From Corynebacterium maris DSM 45190 (GTDB lineage Bacteria; Actinomycetota; Actinomycetes; Mycobacteriales; Mycobacteriaceae), in contig NC_021915.1 in NCBI RefSeq assembly GCF_000442645.1, forward strand, positions 855,799-879,798: a stretch of 24,000 nucleotides of DNA, in the 5' to 3' direction. The notes under the pieces were generated by a model. The model saw only the letters and a program-made list of their open reading frames with translations. It was not told the origin of the DNA and ran no database searches. The translations under genes and the position numbers were made by a program. Positions 1 through 7,149 of the stretch are shown here, in pieces (position 1 is the stretch's first letter; each line of letters begins with the position of its first letter).

Positions 1-1416
1 ATCGCCATTCCGGAGCTGCTCGTCGTCCTGGTGCTGGTGGTGATCTCTCTCGCGGGCATCATGTTCGCGTCGGGGACGATGGGGGCCCTGCCCGCCACGA
101 TCGCCACCGCGTGGATGGTCCTGAACCTGGCGCCGGTCGTGCTGTCCGACGTCACCGTCTCCTTGTTGCCGTTGCTGCCCGCCATGGGTCTGGTGGCGGT
201 GATCGCTTACCGAGTGCGGCGGGCGGTACGCACAAAGGTCAGCGTCATTGACCTGGCTGTTTTGCTGGCCTGCACCCTGTTTGTGCCAGTGGTTTTGACG
301 TTGATCGCCTGGGTGATGTTGTGGGACGCCGCGAAAGTCTTCGATCTCTCCCCGCCGCCGGTGTGGGAGGCTCTGGCACGCACGCTGCTGCTGCACCTGA
401 TCGCCTATGTGCTGGGGCTCGGGCGGCGGTTGTGGCGGGCGGTGGCCAGACACTACCGGTTGCCGGCCCAGCTTGTCGACGGCGCCGTCGACGCCGGGTT
501 CTTCTTCCGCCGCATGGCGGTCGTGGCACTTGTGGTCATGGCTGGCCTCCTGCTTTTCGGGTGGGGCAGGCAGGTCCAGATGGCCGAGTCCTTCGATTCC
601 TTCGGGGGAGGGGAGATCACCGGATTGCTGCTGACTTCCCTGCTCTACCTTCCCAACGCCGTGATCGCGATGGTCGCGGTGCTGCTCGGCGGGGAGTTCG
701 TGGCTGGTGAGGCCAGTGCCTCGCTCTTCAGCGTGCATCTGGTTCCTTTGCCTCCCATGCCGCTGTTCGCGCTGATCCCCGGAGAGGTCAGTCAGTGGGC
801 CCCGGTGCTGTTGTTGGTCGCCGGTGCGTTGGCGTCTTGGCAGGCGGCACGGTCTCGGCCGAGTCTGGTGCAGGCGGTCGGCGCGGGACTGGGCGCCACG
901 CTGGCGGCCGCGGCCGGAGCGTACCTCGCTGGGGGAGAGCTCGGCTGGTACGGAAACACCGGTCCGACCGTATGGCTCGCGGCGCTGCTCGCCGGCGCAT
1001 GGGTGGGCGTCATCGGCGTCGGCACCTCGTTGATCCTGGGCCTTCTTGAGCGACGGACGACGGCGCTGGACGCTGAGCCCGCCGAAGAGGACGTCGAGGA
1101 GCAGGAACCGGAAGAGGAGTCGCAGGAAGAAGCGGCAGAAGCAGAGGAAGAGGAGTCGCAGGAAGAAGCGGCAGAAGCAGAGGAAGAGGAGTCGCAGGAA
1201 GAAGCGGCAGAAGCAGAGGAAGAGGAGGAAGAGGAGGAAGACGCCGAAGAAGAAACAGACGACGTCGACGGTGACGAAGAAGTTGACGAAGAAAGTGGCG
1301 TAGAGAGTAAGGAGGACGAGGAGGACGAGCAAGACGACGAAAGGGAGGAAGAGGAGGAAAAAGACGCCGAAGACGGGGGCGAAGACGAGGGCATTGAGAA
1401 AGACGAGCGTCGTTAA
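1..1416 (+). CDS. perM: PerM-like polytopic integral membrane protein with a poly-acidic C-terminal tail. The 5' end is cut by the window edge.
   Basis: Frame 1 is open from nt 1 (atc gcc att ccg ...) to TAA 1414-1416, so the true N-terminus lies outside the window. The product has many A/L/V/G-rich helices followed by a roughly 115-aa D/E-rich tail. It sits 8 nt upstream of purN-purH, the position of perM (Rv0955) in M. tuberculosis by recalled synteny. The family name is inferred from context, not from a motif I can verify. Confidence 0.6.
   Translation: MAIPELLVVLVLVVISLAGIMFASGTMGALPATIATAWMVLNLAPVVLSDVTVSLLPLLPAMGLVAVIAYRVRRAVRTKVSVIDLAVLLACTLFVPVVLTLIAWVMLWDAAKVFDLSPPPVWEALARTLLLHLIAYVLGLGRRLWRAVARHYRLPAQLVDGAVDAGFFFRRMAVVALVVMAGLLLFGWGRQVQMAESFDSFGGGEITGLLLTSLLYLPNAVIAMVAVLLGGEFVAGEASASLFSVHLVPLPPMPLFALIPGEVSQWAPVLLLVAGALASWQAARSRPSLVQAVGAGLGATLAAAAGAYLAGGELGWYGNTGPTVWLAALLAGAWVGVIGVGTSLILGLLERRTTALDAEPAEEDVEEQEPEEESQEEAAEAEEEESQEEAAEAEEEESQEEAAEAEEEEEEEEDAEEETDDVDGDEEVDEESGVESKEDEEDEQDDEREEEEEKDAEDGGEDEGIEKDERR
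1111..1218 (+). repeat. Perfect in-frame tandem repeat of 3 x 36 bp, encoding (EEESQEEAAEAE)x3 within the PerM-like tail
   Basis: The unit gaagaggagtcgcaggaagaagcggcagaagcagag starts at 1111, 1147 and 1183 with no mismatch. A degenerate fourth start (gaagaggag) begins at 1219 and runs into a GAA/GAG tract. Confidence 0.95.
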
Positions 1417-1424
1417 GGACTAGG

Positions 1425-2054
1425 GTGGGAGCAGTGACAACGACATCACTGCCCGACACTCATGCTTCTCACCAGAACGACGTGGTCGTTCTCGTCTCCG
1501 GCTCCGGCACCCTGCTGCAGGCCATTCTGGACCACCAGGACGAGACATACCGTGTGGTCAAGGTCATCGCGGATAAGGATTGTCCGGCGTTGGCCAGGGC
1601 TGAAGCGGCGGGCGTCGACAAGCAGGTCGTTGCACTCGCCGACGACCGCGACGCCTGGAACGTCGACCTCGCCGACGCGGTCGCAGCCGCAGCCCCCGAC
1701 CTCGTCGTCTCTGCGGGATTCATGAAGATCCTCGGCGCCGGTTTCCTCGACCGTTACGCCGGTCGCACCATCAACACCCACCCGGCGTTGCTGCCGTCGT
1801 TCCCCGGGGCCCACGCCGTGCGTGACGCCCTGGCTTACGGTGTGAAAGTGACCGGTTCCAGCGTCCATTTCGTGGACGCCGGGGTGGACACCGGAGAAAT
1901 CATCGCGCAGGAAGCCGTCACGGTTCACGCCGGTGAGACAGAGGAAAGTCTGCATGAGCGCATCAAGCAGGTGGAACGTCGGCTCATCGTCACGGTGCTG
2001 CGATCCGCACGCACCGACAACACCACAGGGAAGGTTCAGTTTGCCAATGAGTGA
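1425..2054 (+). CDS. purN: Phosphoribosylglycinamide formyltransferase (GAR transformylase)
   Basis: The translation contains [16 protein letters not shown] near the N-terminus and [17 protein letters not shown], both typical of PurN. It lies directly upstream of purH and overlaps it. Start choice (GTG 1425 versus GTG 1434) is uncertain. Confidence 0.9.
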   Translation: MGAVTTTSLPDTHASHQNDVVVLVSGSGTLLQAILDHQDETYRVVKVIADKDCPALARAEAAGVDKQVVALADDRDAWNVDLADAVAAAAPDLVVSAGFMKILGAGFLDRYAGRTINTHPALLPSFPGAHAVRDALAYGVKVTGSSVHFVDAGVDTGEIIAQEAVTVHAGETEESLHERIKQVERRLIVTVLRSARTDNTTGKVQFANE

Positions 2055-3615
2055 TGGCCGCAAGGAAATTAAGCGCGCACTGATCAGCGTGTACGACAAG
2101 ACCGGGCTCGAAGACCTGGCCACGTCCCTCGGCGACGCCGGCGTGGAGATCGTCTCCACGGGATCCACCGCCGCGAAGATCGCCGAGGCCGGTGTGCCGG
2201 TCACCCAGGTCGAAGAACTCACGGGCTTCCCGGAGTGCCTCGAAGGTCGCGTCAAGACCCTCCACCCGAAGGTCCACGCCGGCATCCTGGCCGACACCCG
2301 CAAGGACGACCACCTCAGCCAGTTGAACGACCTCGGCGTCGAGCCGTTCCAGCTCGTGGTGGTCAACCTCTACCCGTTCACCGAAACCGTGGCCTCCGGC
2401 GCCACCTTCGACGAGTGCGTCGAGCAAATCGACATCGGCGGACCCTCCATGGTTCGCGCCGCGGCGAAGAACCACCCGTCCGTGGCCATCGTCACCGACC
2501 CGGCCCGCTACGGCGACGTCGCCGAGGCGCTGCAGAACGGCGGATTCACCCGCCCGGAGCGCACTGAACTGGCCCTCGAGGCCTTCCGCCACACCGCGTC
2601 CTACGACGTCGCCGTCGCCACCTGGCTCGGCGAGCAGGCCCAGGACGAAGGCTTCCCGGCCTGGATCGGCGAGAGCCACGAACTCAAGGACACCCTGCGC
2701 TACGGGGAGAACCCGCACCAGCGGGCCGCGCTCTACGCCGACGCCGGGGCGCCGGGACTGGCCAACGCCGTCCAGCACAACGGCAAGGACATGAGCTACA
2801 ACAACTACCAGGACGCCGACGCCGCGTGGCGCGCCGCCTGGGACCACGAGCGCCCGGCCGTGGCCATCATCAAGCACGCCAACCCCTGCGGCATCGGCGT
2901 CTCCGACGAGTCCATCGCAGACGCGCACCGCAAGGCGCACGCCTGCGACCCGCTCAGCGCCTACGGCGGCGTCATCGCCGTCAACCGCCAGGTCACCCTC
3001 GAGCTGGCGGAGAGCGTCAAGGGCATCTTCACCGAGGTCATCATCGCCCCCTCCTATGAGGAGGAGGCGCTGGAGCTGCTGAAGACCAAGAAGAACCTGC
3101 GTGTGCTGACCGCCGAAGCCCCGGAGCGTGGGGGAGTGGAGACCCGTCAGATTTCCGGCGGCGTGCTCGTCCAAAGCGCCGACGCCCTGCAGGCCGAAGG
3201 CGACGACCCCGCCAACTGGACGCTGGCCGCCGGGGAGGCCGCGTCCGAGGATGTGCTCGCCGACCTGGCGTTCGCATGGAACGCGATCCGCTGCGTCAAG
3301 TCCAACGCCATCTTGATCGCCGCCGACGGCGCCACCGTCGGCGTCGGCATGGGCCAGGTCAACCGCGTCGACTCCGCCAAGCTAGCCGTCGACCGTGCCA
3401 ACACCCTCGCCGACGGCAAGAACCGCACTCAGGGCGCCGTCGCCGCTTCCGACGCGTTCTTCCCGTTCGCCGACGGCTTCCAGGTGCTCGCCGACGCCGG
3501 CGTCACCGCCGTCGTCCAGCCGGGCGGCTCCATCCGCGACGAGGAAGTCATCGACGCGGCCAACGCCGCCGGCGTGACCATGTACCTGACCGGGGCACGT
3601 CACTTCGCCCACTAG
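2047..3615 (+). CDS. purH: Bifunctional AICAR formyltransferase / IMP cyclohydrolase
   Basis: From ATG 2047 the product begins [21 protein letters not shown]...[15 protein letters not shown] and ends ...[12 protein letters not shown], which is classic PurH. ATG 2047 overlaps the purN stop (atgagtga). The ORF-track start at 1933 is an upstream in-frame extension lying inside purN. Confidence 0.95.
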   Translation: MSDGRKEIKRALISVYDKTGLEDLATSLGDAGVEIVSTGSTAAKIAEAGVPVTQVEELTGFPECLEGRVKTLHPKVHAGILADTRKDDHLSQLNDLGVEPFQLVVVNLYPFTETVASGATFDECVEQIDIGGPSMVRAAAKNHPSVAIVTDPARYGDVAEALQNGGFTRPERTELALEAFRHTASYDVAVATWLGEQAQDEGFPAWIGESHELKDTLRYGENPHQRAALYADAGAPGLANAVQHNGKDMSYNNYQDADAAWRAAWDHERPAVAIIKHANPCGIGVSDESIADAHRKAHACDPLSAYGGVIAVNRQVTLELAESVKGIFTEVIIAPSYEEEALELLKTKKNLRVLTAEAPERGGVETRQISGGVLVQSADALQAEGDDPANWTLAAGEAASEDVLADLAFAWNAIRCVKSNAILIAADGATVGVGMGQVNRVDSAKLAVDRANTLADGKNRTQGAVAASDAFFPFADGFQVLADAGVTAVVQPGGSIRDEEVIDAANAAGVTMYLTGARHFAH

Positions 3616-3630
3616 TCACGGCCCATCCAG

Positions 3631-3667
3631 CAGCCGCGTCCCACACCAGGGGTGCGGCTGTTTTTAT
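3631..3667 (+). terminator. Rho-independent terminator downstream of purH
   Basis: The stem cagccgcgtccc (3631-3642) pairs with ggggtgcggctg (3649-3660), including two G-U pairs, around the loop acacca. It is followed by TTTTTAT. Confidence 0.8.
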
Positions 3668-3715
3668 GGCAAGCTATGAGAACCCTGAAACGTCCTCACA
3701 GCGAAGGAGCACACC

Positions 3716-4357
3716 GTGAGCAACCAGCCGCCGATCCCGGATAACCCGTGGGCCACGCAGAGGGAACCTGCGTCGGGGCCCACGGGCAGCACCGGAGTCA
3801 TCGTCGTGGTCACGATCCTGGCGACGGTCGTGGTCATCCTCGCGGCCTTCGCCGCCTACCTCATCTTCGGCCGCGGCGGCGGCACAGAGACGAGGGCGGC
3901 GGAAACTTCCGCGACGAGCGCCCCGCCCGCAGTGGTGGAGACGGTCGTGGAAACGGTGGAGGAGACGGTCACCGCCGCCCCGGCGACCACGGCCCCCACC
4001 ACCACGTCGAGCACGACCTCCCCGGCGCCGGAGGTGGCCGGCCTGACCGCCCGCGGCTGGACCGCGAGCCCGGTCACCCGGTGCGGGGGAGGGGAGAGCG
4101 TCAGGTACGCGGCCCGGGACGGGGCGGGCTCCTACATCACCGTCTGCTCGTCGGGTAACTCGATGACGTACCGCTCCGACATCTTCGGGGGCACCCTCGA
4201 AATGCCCGTCGACGCCGGCGCCTCCGCACCGTCGCAGGGGTATTTCAGTGTGCCGGCCGGACAGCACCGCATCGTCATCGACGGTGATCGGCTCGAAGTG
4301 CGGGAGGGATCCAGCGTGGTCAACAGCGCCGACTTCGCCTTCTTCTACGTGATGTAG
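3716..4357 (+). CDS. Hypothetical membrane-anchored extracytoplasmic protein with an N-in TM helix, a Thr/Pro/Ala-rich linker and a two-Cys C-terminal domain
   Basis: GTG 3716 is preceded by gaaggag at about 7 nt spacing. Third positions are very G/C-rich. The TM segment is VIVVVTILATVVVILAAFAAYLIF, the linker is ...VVETVVETVEETVTAAPATTAPTTTSSTTSPAPE, and a roughly 110-aa domain with 2 Cys follows. I recognise no family. Confidence 0.7.
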   Translation: MSNQPPIPDNPWATQREPASGPTGSTGVIVVVTILATVVVILAAFAAYLIFGRGGGTETRAAETSATSAPPAVVETVVETVEETVTAAPATTAPTTTSSTTSPAPEVAGLTARGWTASPVTRCGGGESVRYAARDGAGSYITVCSSGNSMTYRSDIFGGTLEMPVDAGASAPSQGYFSVPAGQHRIVIDGDRLEVREGSSVVNSADFAFFYVM

Positions 4358-4373
4358 CGAGGCCAGGGACGAC

Positions 4374-4409
4374 AAAATCCGCCGCCCAGCAATGCTGGGC
4401 GGCGGATTT
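4374..4409. terminator. Bidirectional intrinsic terminator between the convergent hypothetical gene (+) and the rpmB-rpsR operon (-)
   Basis: A 16-bp perfect stem aaatccgccgcccagc / gctgggcggcggattt encloses the loop aat. An A-tract lies on one side and a T-tract on the other. The minus-strand reading ends ...GGATTTTGTCG. Confidence 0.85.
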
Positions 4410-4483
4410 CATGAACGACTCTAGCCGATGTCACTAGAGGACAGCGGCAAAGTCATTTGCGCTGTTGCGTCCTCACAACCGAC

Positions 4484-4741
4484 TTAGCGGGTGGTGAACG
4501 GCAGGAGAGCCATTTCGCGGGCGTTCTTCACGGCAGTAGCGACCTGGCGCTGCTGCTGCGGGGTCAGACCGGTGACGCGACGCGAGCGGATCTTGTGACG
4601 ATCAGAGATGAACAGACGAAGGGTCTTGATGTCCTTGTAGTCCACCTTCTCAATGCCTTCGGCCTTGAGCGGGTTCTTCTTCGGGCGACGGGACTGCTCG
4701 ATCCGTGCCTTCTTGTGGTTGGTGCGCTTCATCTTTGCCAC
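4484..4741 (-). CDS. rpsR: 30S ribosomal protein S18, cysteine-free form
   Basis: The product [11 protein letters not shown]...[51 protein letters not shown] is unmistakably S18. It contains no Cys. Confidence 0.95.
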   Translation of the reverse strand: MAKMKRTNHKKARIEQSRRPKKNPLKAEGIEKVDYKDIKTLRLFISDRHKIRSRRVTGLTPQQQRQVATAVKNAREMALLPFTTR

Positions 4742-4744
4742 TCC

Positions 4745-5050
4745 TTACCAGCTGGACTTACGAACGCCGGGAAGCTCACCGCGGTGAGCCATCTCGCGCA
4801 TGCGGACACGGGACAGACCGAACTTGCGGAGGTAACCGCGGGGACGACCGTCGTGGGCGTCACGGTTACGGACGCGCACCGGGGAGGCGTCGCGCGGCTG
4901 ACGGTTCAGCTCGAACTGCGCGTCCAAGCGGTCTTCGTCAGAGGTGTTCGGGTTCTTGATGATGTTCTTGAGCTCAGCGCGACGCTCCGCATAGCGGGCG
5001 ACGATTTCCTTGCGCTGCTCGTTCTTAGCGATCTTGGATTTCTTCGCCAT
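4745..5050 (-). CDS. rpsN: 30S ribosomal protein S14, long 101-aa cysteine-free form
   Basis: The product [28 protein letters not shown]...[24 protein letters not shown] is S14. It contains no Cys. A 3-nt gap separates it from rpsR. Confidence 0.95.
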   Translation of the reverse strand: MAKKSKIAKNEQRKEIVARYAERRAELKNIIKNPNTSDEDRLDAQFELNRQPRDASPVRVRNRDAHDGRPRGYLRKFGLSRVRMREMAHRGELPGVRKSSW

Positions 5051-5052
5051 AC

Positions 5053-5217
5053 TTATCGCTCCTCACGGAATTCGACGTGCTTGCGGACGACCGGGTCGTA
5101 CTTCTTCATGGAGATACGGTCCGGGTTGTTGCGCTTGTTCTTACGGGTGACATAGGTGTAACCGGTGCCAGCCGTGGACTTGAGCTTGATGATGGGGCGA
5201 ATGTCATTACGTGCCAT
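5053..5217 (-). CDS. rpmG: 50S ribosomal protein L33, cysteine-free form (54 aa; absent from the ORF track because of its size)
   Basis: Hand translation of the minus strand from ATG (5217-5215) to TAA (5055-5053) gives [54 protein letters not shown]. This is an L33 signature without CxxC pairs. Gaps of 2 nt separate it from both neighbours. Confidence 0.9.
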   Translation of the reverse strand: MARNDIRPIIKLKSTAGTGYTYVTRKNKRNNPDRISMKKYDPVVRKHVEFREER

Positions 5218-5219
5218 GC

Positions 5220-5456
5220 TTAAATCTTCTCCCCACGTGCTCGGATCTTGGCGACGACAGACTCGATGCCGTCGCGGTCGATGACCTTCATGCCCTTGGT
5301 GGACACGGTCAGAGTAACGGTGCGCCCCTCAGAGGGCAGGTAGTACCGACGACGCTGCACGTTGGGGTTCCAACGACGCGAGTGGCGGCGGTGCGAGTGC
5401 GAGACGGTCTTGCCGAACTTCGGCGAGCGTCCCGTGACCTGGCAAATAGCCGACAT
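5220..5456 (-). CDS. rpmB: 50S ribosomal protein L28
   Basis: The product [39 protein letters not shown]... is L28. It has one Cys and no CxxC pair. It is the first gene of the rpmB-rpmG-rpsN-rpsR operon. Confidence 0.95.
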   Translation of the reverse strand: MSAICQVTGRSPKFGKTVSHSHRRHSRRWNPNVQRRRYYLPSEGRTVTLTVSTKGMKVIDRDGIESVVAKIRARGEKI

Positions 5457-5830
5457 GGTGCTTCTTTCTCCTTGCCGCCCACATCACGGCTACAAAGTGC
5501 GGAAACACTAAAGGCGGCGCCGCGCCGTCCAAGCCAGTGGCCAGGTCGGGGCGCTGCCGGAATAGCCGGCTGACGGGGCGTAAACGATTACTTTCGACAA
5601 CAGCAAGGGTCAACCCTACCGGTGGAGAGCGAAAAAACCTAATCCCCTCTATGGTTAAGTGATTTCTGGATTCGTCGCCCCCTCTGTATGATTGTCTGAG
5701 CTGTCGCCGACGCGCGTCTTGCGTGCGTCCGGCGCTGATGACCATCTATCGAAACCCAACTCAGGCACGATCCTCGGCGAGCTCGCGCGGGGAACCGACC
5801 TGAAGTTCAATCCTGAGGGACACGATTTTC
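5457..5830. promoter_or_regulatory. Divergent 374-bp promoter and 5' leader region between rpmB (-) and rpmE2 (+)
   Basis: The spacer is unusually long for this compact region. The candidate minus-strand promoter has -35 TTGACC (5613-5608), a 17-nt spacer and -10 TAATCG (5590-5585). The candidate plus-strand -10 is TATGAT (5687-5692). Hairpins lie at 5706-5733 and 5852-5869. All promoter calls are by eye and weak. Confidence 0.35.
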
Positions 5831-6103
5831 ATGAAGAACGACATCCACCCGGACTACCACCCGGTAGTCTTCCAGGATGCGGGCACGGGCTTCCAGTTCC
5901 TGACCCGCTCCACCGCCACGTCGGACCGCACGGTCGAGTTTGAGGGCAACGAATACCCGCTGATCGTCGTTGACGTCACCAGCGAGTCCCACCCGTTCTG
6001 GACCGGCGCCCAGCGCGTCATGGACACGGCCGGCCGCGTCGAGAAGTTCCAGAAGCGCTTCGGTGGCATGGCCCGCCGCAAGAAGAAGACCGACAACAAC
6101 TAA
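5831..6103 (+). CDS. rpmE2: 50S ribosomal protein L31, type B (cysteine-free)
   Basis: The product is [28 protein letters not shown]...HPFWTG...[10 protein letters not shown]. It has the L31 N-terminal signature, contains no Cys, and its 90-aa length is typical of type B. Confidence 0.9.
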   Translation: MKNDIHPDYHPVVFQDAGTGFQFLTRSTATSDRTVEFEGNEYPLIVVDVTSESHPFWTGAQRVMDTAGRVEKFQKRFGGMARRKKKTDNN

Positions 6104-6124
6104 CCCAAGGAGGGAAAACAGACC

Positions 6125-6298
6125 ATGGCAACTCCCAAGTTCAAGAAGTCCCGCGCCAACACGCGCATGCGTCGTTCACAGTGGAAGGCCGACAACGTCG
6201 CCCTCCAGGAGGTCACCGTCGACGGTCAGACCGTGCGCATCCCGCGCCGTCTGGTCAAGGCCGCCAAGCTCGGCCTCGTCGACGTCGAGCAGTTCTAG
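6125..6298 (+). CDS. rpmF: 50S ribosomal protein L32, cysteine-free (57 aa; absent from the ORF track)
   Basis: Hand translation from ATG 6125 to TAG 6296-6298 gives [57 protein letters not shown]. The L32 N-terminal motif (PK.K.SR..T..RR..WK) is present. A ggaggg Shine-Dalgarno sequence lies upstream. In M. tuberculosis rpmF also precedes mprA (recalled). Confidence 0.85.
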   Translation: MATPKFKKSRANTRMRRSQWKADNVALQEVTVDGQTVRIPRRLVKAAKLGLVDVEQF

Positions 6299-6319
6299 TC
6301 GCGCTCGATAGCTCCGGTC

Positions 6320-6359
6320 ACGCCGTCCCCGCCCCGCTGGGACGGCGTTTCTGCTTTCT
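6320..6359 (+). terminator. Rho-independent terminator after rpmF
   Basis: A 10-bp perfect stem acgccgtccc (6320-6329) / gggacggcgt (6339-6348) is followed by tttctgctttct. Confidence 0.8.
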
Positions 6360-6398
6360 GCCGGGGGTGCCCTGGGTAGCGGAGGCACACAGGGTGGG

Positions 6399-6453
6399 GA
6401 AAGATGTATGGAAACGTCACTCAATTTTTAATTAAATAGGACATAGTCTCATT
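6399..6453 (+). promoter_or_regulatory. AT-rich promoter region of the response-regulator operon; the transcript may be leaderless
   Basis: There is a sharp local drop in GC (gaaagatgtatggaaacgtcactcaatttttaattaaataggacatagtctcatt). No Shine-Dalgarno sequence lies at normal spacing before ATG 6454. A -10-like CATAGT (6442-6447) lies 6 nt before the A of the ATG. This is inference only. Confidence 0.3.
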
Positions 6454-7149
6454 ATGAATATTTTGGTCGCCGACGATGAACAGGCCGTGCGGGACTCCCT
6501 CAAGCGGTCGCTCACCTTCAACGGGTACGGGGTGTGTCTGGCGGGTGACGGCGAGGAAGCGCTTTCCCTCATCGGCAAAGAGTCGCCGGACTTGGTCATC
6601 CTGGATGTCCTCATGCCCGGAATGGACGGGTTGGAGGTGTGCCGCACTCTGCGGGGCGCTGGCTACGAACGCCCGGTCCTGATGCTCACCGCCCGCGGTG
6701 AGGTCGCGGACCGGGTGGCGGGGCTCGACGCCGGCGCCGACGACTACCTGCCCAAGCCTTTCGCCCTCGAAGAGCTTCTCGCCCGGGTGCGTTCCCTGGC
6801 CCGACGCTGCGCCATCGAATCCCGGGGCAGGGGAACGCAGGACGCGGAGCTGACTTTCGAGGACCTCTCCCTGAACGTGCAGACCCGCGATGTGCGCCGC
6901 GGCGACCGGAGCATCAGTCTCACGCGCACGGAGTTCGCTCTCATGCAGCTGCTCATGCAAAACCCCCGTCACGTTCTGTCGCGTGCGACGATCCTCGAGG
7001 AAGTGTGGGGGTACGACTTCCCCACGTCCGGGAACGCCCTCGAGGTGTACATCGGGTACCTCCGCCGCAAGACGGAGGCCGCGGGCGAGGAGCGTCTGAT
7101 CCACACCGTGCGAGGCGTCGGCTACGTGCTGCGGAGCAGCACGCCGTGA
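6454..7149 (+). CDS. mprA: OmpR/PhoB-family response regulator, MprA-like
   Basis: The receiver domain shows [16 protein letters not shown]...[14 protein letters not shown]...LMLTAR, and the winged-helix output domain shows ...[13 protein letters not shown]...VRGVGYVL. The symbol comes from the RR-HK-pepD-moaB2-mscL synteny with Rv0981-Rv0985c. Confidence 0.85.
   Translation: MNILVADDEQAVRDSLKRSLTFNGYGVCLAGDGEEALSLIGKESPDLVILDVLMPGMDGLEVCRTLRGAGYERPVLMLTARGEVADRVAGLDAGADDYLPKPFALEELLARVRSLARRCAIESRGRGTQDAELTFEDLSLNVQTRDVRRGDRSISLTRTEFALMQLLMQNPRHVLSRATILEEVWGYDFPTSGNALEVYIGYLRRKTEAAGEERLIHTVRGVGYVLRSSTP

Noticed and set aside
1111-1218. The 36-bp perfect repeats considered as a possible CRISPR array
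   Set aside because: The units are directly adjacent with no spacers, lie in-frame inside a continuous ORF, and are non-palindromic GAA/GAG-rich sequence. This is a coding tandem repeat.
792-1394. A Ser-rich 200-aa minus-strand ORF and a Lys/Arg-rich 85-aa plus-strand ORF (1046-1303) over the acidic-tail region
   Set aside because: These are alternative-frame and antisense read-outs of the GAA/GAG-rich repeat tract, giving TCC/TCT Ser codons and AAG/AGG Lys/Arg codons. They are artefacts of low-complexity DNA, and the in-frame continuation of the membrane protein explains the region.
1933-2046. Upstream in-frame extensions of ORF-track calls: purH from 1933, mprB from 7005, galU from 12152, betP from 20971 and moaB2 from 9510
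   Set aside because: These extensions lie inside the preceding gene or lack a Shine-Dalgarno sequence. The internal starts at 2047, 7146, 12206, 21040 and 9522 give canonical family N-termini and have ribosome-binding sites or start-stop overlap coupling.
1990-3174. A 394-aa ORF on the minus strand, antisense to purH
   Set aside because: This is a typical high-GC shadow ORF. Its product is low-complexity and rich in G, A, V, R and D with no recognisable motifs, whereas the plus-strand frame encodes an unmistakable PurH.
3674-4375. A 233-aa minus-strand ORF overlapping the hypothetical gene at 3716-4357
   Set aside because: The plus-strand frame has a good Shine-Dalgarno sequence, a clean TM helix and strongly G/C-biased third positions. 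The minus-strand product is Arg/Gly/Asp-rich shadow sequence.
5457-5831. A Zur box controlling the Cys-free ribosomal protein genes
   Set aside because: I scanned by eye for the actinobacterial Zur palindrome, which I recall as TGAAAATnATTTTCA. The best candidate is gggacacgattttca (5817-5831), overlapping the rpmE2 ATG. It has a perfect right half-site, but only 3 of 7 positions match in the left half. Other GAAA/TTTC-containing stretches (5581-5597 and 5630-5645) are not palindromic. The evidence is not strong enough to call, and a PWM scan is needed.
6427-6436. The TTTAATTAAA palindrome upstream of mprA as a specific operator
   Set aside because: It is a 10-nt AT-only palindrome inside a generally AT-rich promoter patch, so it is expected by chance in such sequence. 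It has no second copy and no resemblance to a motif I can name.
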